Source of the DNA: Myxococcaceae bacterium
GTDB lineage: Bacteria > Myxococcota > UBA727 > JABDBI01
Reading direction: 5' to 3'
Assembly: GCA_016000045.1 (NCBI GenBank)
Contig: JAECQY010000008.1
Coordinates: 1,562-65,561, forward strand
Length of the DNA stretch: 64,000 nucleotides
The translations under genes and the position numbers were made by a program. Positions 20,010 to 32,998 of this stretch are shown one piece after another. Position 1 is the stretch's first letter; each line of letters starts with the position of its first letter. The notes under the pieces are model-generated. The model did not search any database. It saw only the letters and a list, made by a program, of their open reading frames with translations, and had not been told where the DNA came from.

Positions 20010-21922
20010 ACCGATACAACGAGAGGTTCTTCTGCAGACTCGGTTACCGACGCCGCATTCAAACGTTCCTTTTCTAGATTTTCTTTGGTTTTAATTTTAA
20101 AAGACGGCTTTTCACGAACCAAGGTATTTCCGGCCAGCAGACTCTTGATTTCTTCCCCTGCGAGTGTTTCATAGTCTAGCAAGGCGCGAGCAACCTTTTT
20201 CAAGACAACGACATGTGTTTCGAGTAAAGCTCTGGCTCGAGCATACTGTTCCAAGATCAAACGACGAACTTCAGCGTCAATTTCCTGAGCTGTTTGTTCG
20301 GAATATTCTGGGCCATTGGAGAAATCGCGTCCCAAAAAGACTTCACTTTCCTTGTGGCCATAAACGATAGGACCCATCTTGATGGACATGCCCCACTCAC
20401 AAACCATTCGACGAGCCAATTCGCTGGCTTTTTCAAAATCGTTTCCAGCTCCGCTCGTCAGCTCACCGGAAGAAAGCTCTTCCGCGATTCGGCCTCCCAA
20501 TAAGATCGCAATTTGGTTCTCTGCATAAGTCTTCGTCATGGAATAACGATCTTCTGTTGGAAGACTCATAGTCACTCCCAAAGCATGTCCACGGGGAATG
20601 ATGGTGACTTTATGAACAGGGTCAACCTCTGTTCCAATCAGCAACGAAACCAACGCATGCCCTGCTTCATGGTGAGCTGTATTCTCCAGCTCTCGCTCCG
20701 CCATGACCATGGTGCGTCGCTCAGCGCCCATCATGATCTTTTCGCGAGCCATTTCAAAATCCAACATCGCTACTTTTTCTTTGTCGTGCCGAGCGGCAAT
20801 CAAAGCAGCTTCGTTCACCAGGTTCTCGATATCGGCTCCACTCATTCCGGGTGTGGAACGAGCCAATACTTCAATATTGACATCCAACTCCAAGGGCACT
20901 TTCTTCGTATGCACTTTGAAGATAGCCTCTCGACCCAGCAAATCCGGCCTTGGAACCACTACTCGACGATCAAACCGGCCAGGCCTCAAAATCGCAGGAT
21001 CGAGCACATCGGGCCGATTGGTCGCTGCAATAATAATCACCCCTTCGTTGGACTCAAAACCATCCATCTCCACCAGGAGCTGATTCAGGGTCTGCTCACG
21101 TTCGTCGTGACCACCCCCCATGCCTGCGCCACGCTGCCTTCCTACCGCATCGATTTCGTCAATAAAAACAATGCAAGGCGCATTCTTCTTACCCTGTTCG
21201 AACAGATCTCGGACTCGGCTTGCCCCCACTCCTACGAACATCTCAACGAAATCAGAACCGGCAATGCTGAAGAAAGGCACTCCTGCTTCACCCGCAATCG
21301 CTCGAGCCAACAAGGTTTTACCAGTTCCTGGCGGACCCATGAGCAAGACTCCTTTGGGAATCCGCCCTCCTAATTTTGTGAAACGCTTCGGGTCTTTCAA
21401 GAACTGGACAATTTCTTCCAGTTCTTGTTTGCACTCGTCTACTCCTGCCACGCTTGCGAAGGTGATTTTATCCTTCGTCTCGGGCACCATACGAGCTCGG
21501 CTTTTACCAAATGAAAACGCTTTACCGCCTCCAACTTGCATCTGCCTCATAAAAAAGAAGAGAATACCCATGATCAAAATCATCGGCAACCATTGCGCAA
21601 TAAAGAACCAGAAACCACCCGCATCTTCGCTTTCAAAGCGGTATTGAGTCTGAAACTCTTGGTTGGCTTTCTTCAAGGCATTGAGAATCGCTTCGCCACG
21701 CTCACCGGTGGAGCGAAACCGTGTTCCATCTTTGAACTCGCCCGAAAATTGCTGACCCGCGACGGTGATTTCTTTGATTTCACCCTTTTCAAGGGAGGAA
21801 ATCACATCTGAAAACGGCTTATCCATCGTATGCGCGACGTTTTGACTGAAATAGCTCCAGACACTAACGATAAACAGACAAAAGACCAACCAAATCAACA
21901 GTGTTTTCTGATACTGCTTCAC
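20006..21922 (-). CDS. ftsH: ATP-dependent zinc metalloprotease FtsH
   Basis: N-terminal TM helices, AAA Walker [12 protein letters not shown], second region of homology, HEAGHAL zinc motif. Confidence 0.9.
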   Translation of the reverse strand: MKQYQKTLLIWLVFCLFIVSVWSYFSQNVAHTMDKPFSDVISSLEKGEIKEITVAGQQFSGEFKDGTRFRSTGERGEAILNALKKANQEFQTQYRFESEDAGGFWFFIAQWLPMILIMGILFFFMRQMQVGGGKAFSFGKSRARMVPETKDKITFASVAGVDECKQELEEIVQFLKDPKRFTKLGGRIPKGVLLMGPPGTGKTLLARAIAGEAGVPFFSIAGSDFVEMFVGVGASRVRDLFEQGKKNAPCIVFIDEIDAVGRQRGAGMGGGHDEREQTLNQLLVEMDGFESNEGVIIIAATNRPDVLDPAILRPGRFDRRVVVPRPDLLGREAIFKVHTKKVPLELDVNIEVLARSTPGMSGADIENLVNEAALIAARHDKEKVAMLDFEMAREKIMMGAERRTMVMAERELENTAHHEAGHALVSLLIGTEVDPVHKVTIIPRGHALGVTMSLPTEDRYSMTKTYAENQIAILLGGRIAEELSSGELTSGAGNDFEKASELARRMVCEWGMSIKMGPIVYGHKESEVFLGRDFSNGPEYSEQTAQEIDAEVRRLILEQYARARALLETHVVVLKKVARALLDYETLAGEEIKSLLAGNTLVREKPSFKIKTKENLEKERLNAASVTESAEEPLVVSV

Positions 21923-22668
21923 GTTCCAAAAGCTCCTAAGTTTTTTAGTTCTACACTAACTAAGGTTAAGCCACAAGCCGGAGCTGTGATTCCGGCTGCT
22001 TGTCGATGTTTGGAGGCGATAATCTCGGCCATTTCGCCGGGTTTTCGAAGTCCGGTTCCTATCTCCACGAGAACACCTACGAGATTCCGAATCATTTTGC
22101 GCAAAAACGCATTTCCAAAAATATCGATTTGAATCCCCTGCTCGTTTGAAGTCAATCCAAGATGAAAAAGCGTCTTAACGGTCGTTCCGGCTGAACAGCC
22201 TCCTCCTTGAAAACTCTTAAAGTCGTGCGTCCCCAGACAAGCATCCAAAGCAAGGCGCATGGTTGTGAGATTGAGCTCGGGAACAATCTGCCAACTGGTT
22301 TGAGCATCGGGACCATTCAAGACATAGCGATAGTGCTTCCCCAACGCAGAACCTCGAGCGTGAACCGAAGGATCGACTTCGATAGCCTCTACGTTGACTA
22401 AACCGTTGCAGGGGCATTGCTGCAGACGGGCCAGAAATCCCGGAATATCTTCCAAGTTGGGAAACCAAAAAGTACCGATATTATGAAGCGCGTGGACACC
22501 TTTGTCGGTTCGCGCTGAAAAACAAAGCGCTTTGGGAGCCTGACCTGCACATTCTGTAATCCAGTCTTGCAAGGTACCTCCCGCTGTGGGAAGCCCTTTC
22601 TGAGGTTGAAGTCCATGAAAAAAATGACCGAAGTAACCGAATCGAACCATAAATTGAATGCGGGACAT
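21919..22668 (-). CDS. truA: tRNA pseudouridine(38-40) synthase TruA
   Basis: RIQFMVRFGYFGHFFHGLQPQ (the YDGSxYxGWQxQ-type start) and the catalytic motif ARTDKGVHA. Confidence 0.8.
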   Translation of the reverse strand: MSRIQFMVRFGYFGHFFHGLQPQKGLPTAGGTLQDWITECAGQAPKALCFSARTDKGVHALHNIGTFWFPNLEDIPGFLARLQQCPCNGLVNVEAIEVDPSVHARGSALGKHYRYVLNGPDAQTSWQIVPELNLTTMRLALDACLGTHDFKSFQGGGCSAGTTVKTLFHLGLTSNEQGIQIDIFGNAFLRKMIRNLVGVLVEIGTGLRKPGEMAEIIASKHRQAAGITAPACGLTLVSVELKNLGAFGT

Positions 22669-23040
22669 TGGGCGGAAGAAGAAGCTTGCACGCTCCTTCT
22701 GTCAAAGGGGTACCGGATCGTGGCTCGAAATGTCCGGTATAAAGTAGGCGAAATTGACATCATCGCCTGGGACAAAAATACGCTTTGCTTCGTTGAAGTG
22801 CGTTCTCGAAGCAACAAGAACTTCATGGATCCGAAGTTCAGCATTCAGAAAGCGAAGCAGATTCGGATCATTCGAAGCGCACAGCTCTATCTTCAAAAAT
22901 ACTTTCCGCGCCCTCCTCAATGCCGATTTGATGTGGTCAGCGTCATCGGCAATCCAGAAGAATCCGAATTTGAATTTATCCAAGGAGCCTTTGAACTGAC
23001 GGAAACCGGATCGAAAGGCAGCCCTTGGAAAACCTACTGA
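22615..23040 (+). CDS. yraN: YraN/UPF0102-family endonuclease (start taken at MKKMTEV)
   Basis: GHWAEEEACTLLLSKGYRIVARNVRYKVGEIDIIAWDKNTLCFVEVRSRS matches the YraN core. Confidence 0.7.
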   Translation: MKKMTEVTESNHKLNAGHWAEEEACTLLLSKGYRIVARNVRYKVGEIDIIAWDKNTLCFVEVRSRSNKNFMDPKFSIQKAKQIRIIRSAQLYLQKYFPRPPQCRFDVVSVIGNPEESEFEFIQGAFELTETGSKGSPWKTY

Positions 23041-23044
23041 CAGG

Positions 23045-25820
<2,776 letters not shown>

Positions 25821-25829
25821 TCTAAAACC

Positions 25830-26204
25830 TCAAATTCTAAATCGAAGCTTTAAGCGTTCAATCATTTTAGGACCGACGCCCGAAATTTCCTCCAAATCAT
25901 TGAAACAGCGAATTCCCCCTCTTTTATTCCGAAATTGTAAGATTGCTTTGGCGGTTTTTAAGGATATGCGAGGGACTCGCATCAGATCTTCCAACATCGC
26001 TGCATTAATCTCAATCAAAGGTACCGATGGGGTCGGAAGCGGAGCTAATTGCTCGCGTGAGAACTGGCCTATACCAGCCAACAGCAGACACCCGATTACC
26101 CATGCAGGGGCTTTATGAGGATATTTGAAACGAGAGGTCGGCCTGAAAAGATTCAACCTGGTTTTGGCTAGAAGCGCAGATGCAATCCGGTTCCCAGGCC
26201 CCAA
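25830..26204 (-). CDS. comEA: ComEA-like helix-hairpin-helix DNA-binding protein
   Basis: TM segment plus C-terminal tandem HhH (INAAMLEDLMRVPRISLKTAKAIL.. and LEEISGVGPKMIERLK). Confidence 0.6.
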   Translation of the reverse strand: MGPGNRIASALLAKTRLNLFRPTSRFKYPHKAPAWVIGCLLLAGIGQFSREQLAPLPTPSVPLIEINAAMLEDLMRVPRISLKTAKAILQFRNKRGGIRCFNDLEEISGVGPKMIERLKLRFRI

Positions 26205-26935
26205 GTCAGTTGCAGACCTTTTCCCGTATCGTAGTCGCCGTTGTAAAGACCTGCAAGGTTCGTATGGCTTTCTACAAAGAAAGCGATATGGCGGGATAAG
26301 TTAAACAAGAATCCAACCGACGAAGTGATATCCAGTCGGAAATAATCCAAGAGATTCACCGCAATCTGTGAACCCATATAAGCTCGTACCCGCTCCTCGG
26401 CTCCAAAATAATAGCGACCCCCCAATGCAAGAGCGAAAGAATCGAGCAACGAAGGATCTGCGTTCAGGCAAACTCCCGAAAAACCATAACGCCCTCCGAA
26501 AATGAGTTCAAAATTAAACACAGGAGCATACGTCAGCTCAAGCTGAATGGGCACGAACCAGCCCGCACTCAAATACTTCGAATAATCTGAAATTGTTTTT
26601 TGATTGGCCGGCATCACGTCGATCCGTGCCAAGTCAGCCGAGGAACGATTTGCCGCGTTGTCTACAGCGCTCAGATAGCCACCGCCCAATCCAGTTAAAC
26701 GCAAACCCCAGCGGTTTTTAAGGATGAAAGGAGCTGGTAAACGAAGCGTACTTTCAGCGTGCTGTGGCTTCGGTTTTAGATGAAGTGTGCGAAACGAATC
26801 AACAGAACTTTCTGAGGCGATGCGGTCTGACCCTTGGATCGCAGCAAAGGATGAAAAAGAAGAAAGCAGAGATAGAATGGCCAACGCTCTTAAACGCATG
26901 ACGCACATTCTAATCCCTGCTTGCGATGAAGTCAT
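26168..26935 (-). CDS. Outer-membrane beta-barrel protein
   Basis: Signal peptide (MRLRALAILSLLSSFSSFAA), alternating strands, C-terminal ..GTGLHLRF with terminal Phe typical of OMPs. Confidence 0.45.
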   Translation of the reverse strand: MTSSQAGIRMCVMRLRALAILSLLSSFSSFAAIQGSDRIASESSVDSFRTLHLKPKPQHAESTLRLPAPFILKNRWGLRLTGLGGGYLSAVDNAANRSSADLARIDVMPANQKTISDYSKYLSAGWFVPIQLELTYAPVFNFELIFGGRYGFSGVCLNADPSLLDSFALALGGRYYFGAEERVRAYMGSQIAVNLLDYFRLDITSSVGFLFNLSRHIAFFVESHTNLAGLYNGDYDTGKGLQLTWGLGTGLHLRF

Positions 26936-26950
26936 CCGCTATTTGCCGGA

Positions 26951-27256
26951 TCACCAACTGGACTTGGTAACACCCGGTAAAAGTCCGGCTAGAGCCATCT
27001 CACGGAAAGCAATTCGATTGAGTTTAAATTTTCGGTAGACCGCTCTCGAAGCTCCTGTCGCCTGACAACGACGGGTAAGTCTCGATGGAGAGGAGTCACG
27101 TGGCAATTTATTGAGCTTCAATCGCGCAGCGAGCCTCTCCTCGTCCGACAAATTCGGATTGATTTGAGCAACCTTCAAAGCTTGACGCTTCTCGTTGTTC
27201 AAACGAATCAATTTTTCGCGCTTTTCCTCGCGTGCCAGCTGACAAGTACGTGCCAT
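26951..27256 (-). CDS. rpsN: 30S ribosomal protein S14 (long, 101-aa form), encoded outside a ribosomal-protein cluster
   Basis: [17 protein letters not shown]...[39 protein letters not shown]. Confidence 0.85.
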   Translation of the reverse strand: MARTCQLAREEKREKLIRLNNEKRQALKVAQINPNLSDEERLAARLKLNKLPRDSSPSRLTRRCQATGASRAVYRKFKLNRIAFREMALAGLLPGVTKSSW

Positions 27257-27381
27257 GTATATCCATTACTCCTAAATGAGATGGTGATCCTAGCTCAATG
27301 AAATCCAGATGGCAAGAGAGATAAGCAACCGGCAAATCCTGCTCCGCCAAAATAGCCCTGAGCTCACAATAACCAAAAGCC

Positions 27382-27984
27382 ATGCAAACAGGTCAACAAA
27401 ATCATGAAGAGACATTACTGGATCGTGCCGCAGAGGGAGATGAAGGAGCCTTTGCTGTTTTGTATCGAAGATACCAAGGGCAGATTCAAGCATTTTGTGC
27501 GCGCATGTTGAATGGGAACGGAGATTCAGAAGATGCCACTCAACAAGTCTTCATGGAAGCCTGGCGTTCTTTGCATCGATTTGAAAGACGTTCGCTTTTT
27601 TCAACTTGGCTGACTCGAATCGCGATCCATACCTGTTTAAGTCTTCTCAGAAAAACCAACAAAATTAAATTGCACCGGGAAGACAGTCGTGTTCATCCGG
27701 ATCGATACACCGAATTTTTGTGGCGAGATTCTGAACCTGGCCTGGAGCAAAAATTCCATCAAAGGGCTCAACGCAAAGCCGTAGATGAAATTTTAAACCG
27801 CCTCAGCGAAAAGAAAAAAACAGTAATCATGATGTCCGATGTTCAAGGAATGACGGCCCCTGAAATTGCCGGTGCTCTTCAAATTCCAGACGCCACGGTT
27901 CGTACCCGTCTATTTCATGCTCGACGCGAATTTATTCATGCAATCCACTCCAATTCGCACTATAAAGAGTTACTCGGTGACTAA
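27382..27984 (+). CDS. ECF (sigma-70 group 4) RNA polymerase sigma factor
   Basis: Region 2 (FAVLYRRYQGQIQAFCARML.., DATQQVFMEAWRSL) and region 4 HTH (MMSDVQGMTAPEIAGALQIPDATVRTRLFHARREF). Confidence 0.85.
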   Translation: MQTGQQNHEETLLDRAAEGDEGAFAVLYRRYQGQIQAFCARMLNGNGDSEDATQQVFMEAWRSLHRFERRSLFSTWLTRIAIHTCLSLLRKTNKIKLHREDSRVHPDRYTEFLWRDSEPGLEQKFHQRAQRKAVDEILNRLSEKKKTVIMMSDVQGMTAPEIAGALQIPDATVRTRLFHARREFIHAIHSNSHYKELLGD

Positions 27985-28384
27985 TTCAAGACATATCAAC
28001 CCGGCTTTCTCTTTAGCAAAAACCATCACACTCGCTTTTTTTCTCATTGCACTTATTCTCGCAGGGAGTTGCCACCGTTCCTCAAATGCTCACGATCTTC
28101 CAGAACTGATCCAGCAACTGCAAAGCGCAGACTCTCATAAAGCTCGAAAAGCGCTCGTTATTCTGACTCGCTTGGGAGATCCCAAAGCACTTGATGCGGT
28201 TATTGCTTACTCCGAAGGAAAATCTCCTGCACTGCGTATTCAAGCGATTTTAGCGGCCAGACAATTTAAGAGCCCAAGAGCCCTTCCCTGGTTATTTGTG
28301 CTGGCGAACGGGCATCCAGATGAAAACGTTCGCCATGCCGCCCAAGAAGCTTTGTCTTGCTTAGAACGCCAAGATGGTGCATAA
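27938..28384 (+). CDS. HEAT-repeat membrane/lipoprotein overlapping the sigma-factor 3-prime end (candidate cognate regulator; start uncertain)
   Basis: Hydrophobic anchor ITLAFFLIALILAGSC followed by HEAT-like repeats (ALVILTRLGDPKALDAVIAY, ALRIQAILAARQFKSPRALPWL, DENVRHAAQEAL). Confidence 0.45.
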   Translation: MQSTPIRTIKSYSVTNSRHINPAFSLAKTITLAFFLIALILAGSCHRSSNAHDLPELIQQLQSADSHKARKALVILTRLGDPKALDAVIAYSEGKSPALRIQAILAARQFKSPRALPWLFVLANGHPDENVRHAAQEALSCLERQDGA

Positions 28385-28395
28385 GAGGGCATTGT

Positions 28396-28472
<77 letters not shown>

Positions 28473-28487
28473 ACTTTGTATTCTCGA

Positions 28488-28564
28488 GCGCCCTTAGCTC
28501 AGCTGGATAGAGCACCGGCCTTCTAAGCCGGGGGTCACACGTTCAAGTCGTGTAGGGCGCACCA
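28488..28564 (+). tRNA. tRNA-Arg (anticodon TCT)
   Basis: GCGCCCTTAGCTCAGCTGGATAGAGCACCGGCCTTCTAAGCCGGGGGTCACACGTTCAAGTCGTGTAGGGCGCACCA folds as a cloverleaf. Confidence 0.85.
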
Positions 28565-29247
28565 AATGACCCTTTGCTAGAGCTTGTATCACTGAAACAT
28601 CATCATTGCTCATGATGCAAGAGGCTTGGGCATCCAAGTGGTGGCCCTTTCAGTTTCAGATGCCTGAACCCGTACACAAAGAAAGCCGATTAGTGTTTTG
28701 TCCCTGAATGGTGTCTGTGGTGTGCCCAAAGCAACTTGGGAGACAATATGGGACAAGTATTTCATGGATGCGCCAGAACAGCAAAGGCGGTGCGTCGAGA
28801 GACACAAAATAGTTAAACGAGCCTAGCACCGCCTGCAAGCCGATACTGTCCGAACGTTAAGACGATTGCCAAATGAAAGAGGCAAGATTCTGTAGAAGAT
28901 GTTTCGATGGGTCCTAAAAAGCGTCTATCCACTGTTTTGCGCCCAGAACAGGAAGCTGCCATTGTAGCGGTTCCATAGACAAACGCTATTACCTTTGGAT
29001 GACTGCCTTTCAACCAAACCATCACAATCTCGGTTTACTGATGTTGCTGGCGTTTCTGATTGATCAGCTTTCAGAGCTATCGGATAAAAGCTTTCAACGA
29101 GCGAAAGCGTCTGCGAAGAGCTATCGCGTTTCATGGGAATAGGTGCGGGCTGTTTTTAAGTTTTTTATGCTGGAGAGCTTTGAAGGTTTTGTATTTGAAA
29201 ATCCTACCGGAGCATCGGTACAACGGCAGCTGAGGGTGTGCCACAAT

Positions 29248-30055
29248 CTATTCTGGCTGGTAATCTCCTTTTTTGGGATCTAGGGGCGGTTTATTCTCTC
29301 GTAGCTTGAATTGGTCAAAATGAGGTATTTTTCTCAAAAATAACCAGTCTAGAATCTTGTGCTGCCTGAAAAAAACCGTTTTCACCTGCAACATAGCCTC
29401 GTCTATCAAAGGGGGATTACTCTGATTAAAAAGAGAAAAAACTGCTTTGATGGTCGGTGTCCACACCTGAGAAAGATAAGCAGCGGAATTACAGAACGCA
29501 TAAGAATTCGAACTCTGTGTCATCCAACCGATACCTGTTGCCTGATCCTTTACAAATTTCTCATCAGCATACCGAAATTTCGTATAGCGTTCGAGCGGAG
29601 CAGTTCTTTGGGGACCACGAACACAACGAACATTCATATCTCCGGGATAGTGCGAAGATATTGATCGCGTTTGCGGCTGAACGACTAGCACCTGATCAGT
29701 AGGCTGAAGACTGGAGGAAGAAATAACAAGCACGCTCTCGTTACTTGAAAGTGAAGTGAAATAATTCTCGTTAATAGCAGGTGCATTAACATAATCGAGC
29801 AAAGACTGAACCTCATGCACCGTTGGTACTCGCCAGTCTGAAATAGCCATTTTTAAACAAACTCACGCAGTTTTTATTAGCCAAATTTACAGTAGATATC
29901 TTTAAAAATCCAGCTTCTAAAATTAAATTTGCATAAGCATCAATAACCGTATTATCGTTTCCAATTTGATAACGGTCTGTTTGATTGGCCGCGTCACCAT
30001 AAGCTGCAATTAGCCAAGGCCTAAAAGACTCCGACCATACAGCTACAGAACTCAA
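29248..30055 (-). pseudogene. Frameshifted DUF1566 (Lcl C-terminal-like) domain gene, split into ORFs 29813..30055 and 29248..29850
   Basis: Downstream piece has DWRVPTVHEVQSLLDY...NVRCVRG (DUF1566 hallmarks). Upstream piece ends in a different frame with ..VWSESF..AAYGDAANQ, the tail of a preceding DUF1566 repeat. The two ORFs overlap by 38 nt in different frames. Confidence 0.45.
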
Positions 30056-30131
30056 AAAAGAAAAAATTTAATATCTCATATTATTTTAATCATTTATCTG
30101 ACTCAAGAGCGGACTAATCGAACACGTAAAT

Positions 30132-30707
30132 TTAGCTCACGAGAGCCATTATCAACACGTTCTTCATGATCAGATTCAACTCCAAAATCAATGTACCAGA
30201 TATGTTCATCATAACTTCTGTTGTTGACCAAAAGCTATTGGCTAATAAACTCTCTTCCAAACCGTCATCAAAATCTTCGTTCAACACATCTCTCTGGCGA
30301 TAAAGCGCCTCTAACTCCCAAAGTGTTGGCAATCGCCAACCCTCAGCAGCTCGACTGGCTGCATAAGCCTGAGCCTCTTCAAAGCTCATCATTGCCGAAC
30401 CGGCCTGATTTAACTCCCACTCAAGAGTTGGAACTTCGAGCTCTCGAGGACCTGTATACCAATCACCGAGATCTTCTAGCGGATTTACTCGCATTGCTAA
30501 GGTCCTGACTGAGCTCTGAAAATTTAATTCTCCTCTTGGCACACCAAATATCATACCAACTCCACTGCTCCCCATCATCTGACCAAAAACTAAAGGTGAA
30601 ACAAGAAACAAGAAAATACCTCTTTGAATCACATTACTCGCGCTCCATTCTTTCAACTTTAGTACAACAGAACGACAGAAAAAATTAAAACATCTCATGT
30701 TTTTCAA
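30132..30707 (-). CDS. DUF1566-domain protein, C-terminally truncated/diverged paralog of 40142..41569
   Basis: EVPTLEWELNQAGSAMMSFEEAQAYAASRAAEGWRLPTLWELEALYRQRDVL is near-identical in pattern to both repeats of the 40142..41569 protein. Similarity stops after FWSTTEV. Confidence 0.5.
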   Translation of the reverse strand: MKNMRCFNFFCRSVVLKLKEWSASNVIQRGIFLFLVSPLVFGQMMGSSGVGMIFGVPRGELNFQSSVRTLAMRVNPLEDLGDWYTGPRELEVPTLEWELNQAGSAMMSFEEAQAYAASRAAEGWRLPTLWELEALYRQRDVLNEDFDDGLEESLLANSFWSTTEVMMNISGTLILELNLIMKNVLIMALVS

Positions 30708-31049
30708 CTCCTTTATCTAAAAACAGGCTACTAACGGGACACGAAAACGAAACCAGTGTCAAGGGGCCCTGCACGGTCAAACCAAACTCCAAATCAACAT
30801 ACCAAACATCAACAGATTTACAACTTGCCCAGTCACTAAGGCGTGTCCTCATTTCATTTTCCTAGAGTGTGTCCTCAATTTGAGTTTGGCTAAAATTGGA
30901 GGCTAAGTTTCGTATCCGTTCGAAATATCGTGCAAGAACCGCAATCGACAAAGGTTTGAGACTCTGATTCTATGGAAATTCGAGGATTTCTACATGGCTC
31001 GTCGATTTTTAACCGATTCAACCTGGCATCAATGACAAACCGTTCTCAA

Positions 31050-31748
31050 AGAAAAAGGTTGTTATCAATCTAAGAATGGACGCAATGTCATGGAAGCTAT
31101 TCTATGGAAGCTTCGAACTGGGGGACCGTGGCGCGATGTCCCTCAAGAATTTTTCGCCTGGAAAACCGCATTTAACCGCTTCAATCGATGGGCCTCCAAA
31201 GGGCTTTGGGAAGCATTTTTTTTGTCCTGCGAGGCGGAATTGATCCGGAGTGGGTATTCATCGATGGAAGTGACATCCGCGCTCACCAGCATGCGAGCGG
31301 AGTTCAGCACGGTGCCAAACGAGCGATTGGACTTTTGAGAGGAGGACTTACCACAAAGATTCATTTGGCCGCCGATGCACATGGAAATCCAATCGATTTT
31401 GAAATCACTGGGGGTGAAGCACAAGACGCAACCGTCGCCCATAAAATCATCAACCAGGCCTATGGAGCCGAGAACGTAATTGCTGATAAGGGCTATTCAG
31501 ATGAAATTCGGCAACATATCCGAAATCGAAGTGCAATACCGATCATTCCGCGCCGTTCGAACAGTATAAAACCAAATCCAGAATTTGACTCGCATTTGTA
31601 CAAGCACCGCCATCTTGTTGAAAATTTATTCGCGAGACGGAAGCACTTGAGAGGTATTGCGACTCGGTTGAGAAATTACCTCGAAACTACCGGGCAATTG
31701 TTTATTGGCCTGTTCGATGATTGGGTTGAAGTTAGGACAATGAAATGA
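31050..31748 (+). mobile_element. IS5-family (IS427-group, DUF4096 plus DDE) transposase remnant; 5-prime-truncated, two overlapping frames
   Basis: KNGRNVMEAILWKLRTGGPWRDVPQEFFAWKTAFNRFNRW matches the IS427-type OrfA motif (LNGILW.LRTGA.WRDLP). OrfB-like part carries DDE-region motifs (IHLAADAHGNPIDFEITGGEAQD..ADKGYDS-like). The OrfA N-terminal roughly 40 aa are missing. Confidence 0.6.
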
Positions 31749-31806
31749 GGACACGCGCTAGAGCGGTTCCGAATTGACGCGATCAGTGAAGTCTGATCTA
31801 TGAAAC

Positions 31807-32303
31807 TTGAGAGGGTTTCAGATGGGTTATTCACTTGATTTAAGATTGGCCGCAGTTGAAGCATATAGTTCTGGACGTGGAAACAGAGAAGGGCTTTGCA
31901 AGCTTTTTAAAGTTGGCACGGCAACACTTGGCAGATGGCTCAGAAGCACACGAGAGCGAGGTAACCCACAGGCACTCCCAAGAGGCAGAGGAGCAAAAAG
32001 ACGCATGGGTGAAATCGGAGAAATAATTCTTCAAGCCTTCTTGAACAAAATCCAGATGCCATTCTAAACTGAATTGGCTGCTGAATATTCGGCCATTACA
32101 TAATTACGCCGATGAGCAAGAGTATCATTGATGACACACTTACCTGGCTAAATATGACTCGAAAAAAAGCCATTTTCGCTATCGAACGCCACAGCGAGCG
32201 GGAGCAAAACTTTTGTTCTTGCCGCCCTATCATCCGGATCTCAATCTAATCGAGAAGTTATGGTATTGACCCCGAGTTCTGCTGAGTGCATGAGACCCTC
32301 TTA
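31807..32303 (+). mobile_element. IS630/Tc1-mariner-family deletion derivative (MITE-like, about 500 bp) with imperfect terminal inverted repeats
   Basis: Left end TTGAGAGGGTTTC (31807-31819) and right end GAGACCCTCTTAA (32291-32303) are inverted matches (11/13). Inside is an N-terminal HTH ORF (MGYSLDLRLAAVEAYSSG...) and, in another frame, the transposase C-terminal motif FLPPYHPDLNLIEKLWY. The central DDE domain is absent. Confidence 0.55.
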
Positions 32304-32998
32304 ACCACGTTGAAAAAGGATAACGCTTGTCTGACATGTAGGCTCTTCTCCAACGATGGCTTCAATAAATTGGCTAACCAAATGAGCATTGGGAGGACAT
32401 TTGTTGATTAGCTGCTTATTTCTCAGATTCTGATCCTCATGAACGAAAATATCAAGACCATTCAAGCATCGAATATTAATTTGAGGGAATCACCCAGGAG
32501 CATGCCAATAGATGCAAGCACCATTGTCAGCAGACATTCGCCAAAGAGTTGTAGAGGTTTATTAAGCCGGACAAGTGGATTCTCTCCGATATTCGGCAGT
32601 TAGAAGCTCGAACGATTTCAGATTTTACAGATGCCATTCAGTTTACCAGAGCAAATATTTCTTTCATAAACGATTATAGACGTTTTTATAATTGTTTATA
32701 TTCTATGTAAATAATCAATTTTACGTCGAAATTTCTGTGTCCTATTCCATGCAAATATTCATTTTTCAACGAATTGGGTCATTTTCTTCTCTTTCCAATC
32801 TAATTCTAGAACCCGATCAAATAACATCCAGTTCTCCTCGTTAGATGAGAATTAATTTGCCATTGAAACTGCAAAGGAGTAAGTTGAAAGTAGAAGTTTC
32901 GTTTTTAGAGATTTGATTTGCTGAAATACGATAGTTTCCTTCGTATAGGTTGAGTCAATGTGTAAGTGGCTTGTTGGATTTTTGTGGTGGAGATATTT

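Noticed and set aside
20513-21647. Plus-strand ORFs 20513..21373 (286 aa) and 21120..21647 (175 aa)
   Set aside because: Antisense to ftsH, whose identity is unambiguous. Ser/Arg-rich translations typical of GC-rich antisense frames.
28565-29247. Possible integrase remnant directly after tRNA-Arg
   Set aside because: Only short ORFs (60-70 aa) with no tyrosine-recombinase motifs (no R..HxxR..Y box). Recorded as ORF-free island DNA.
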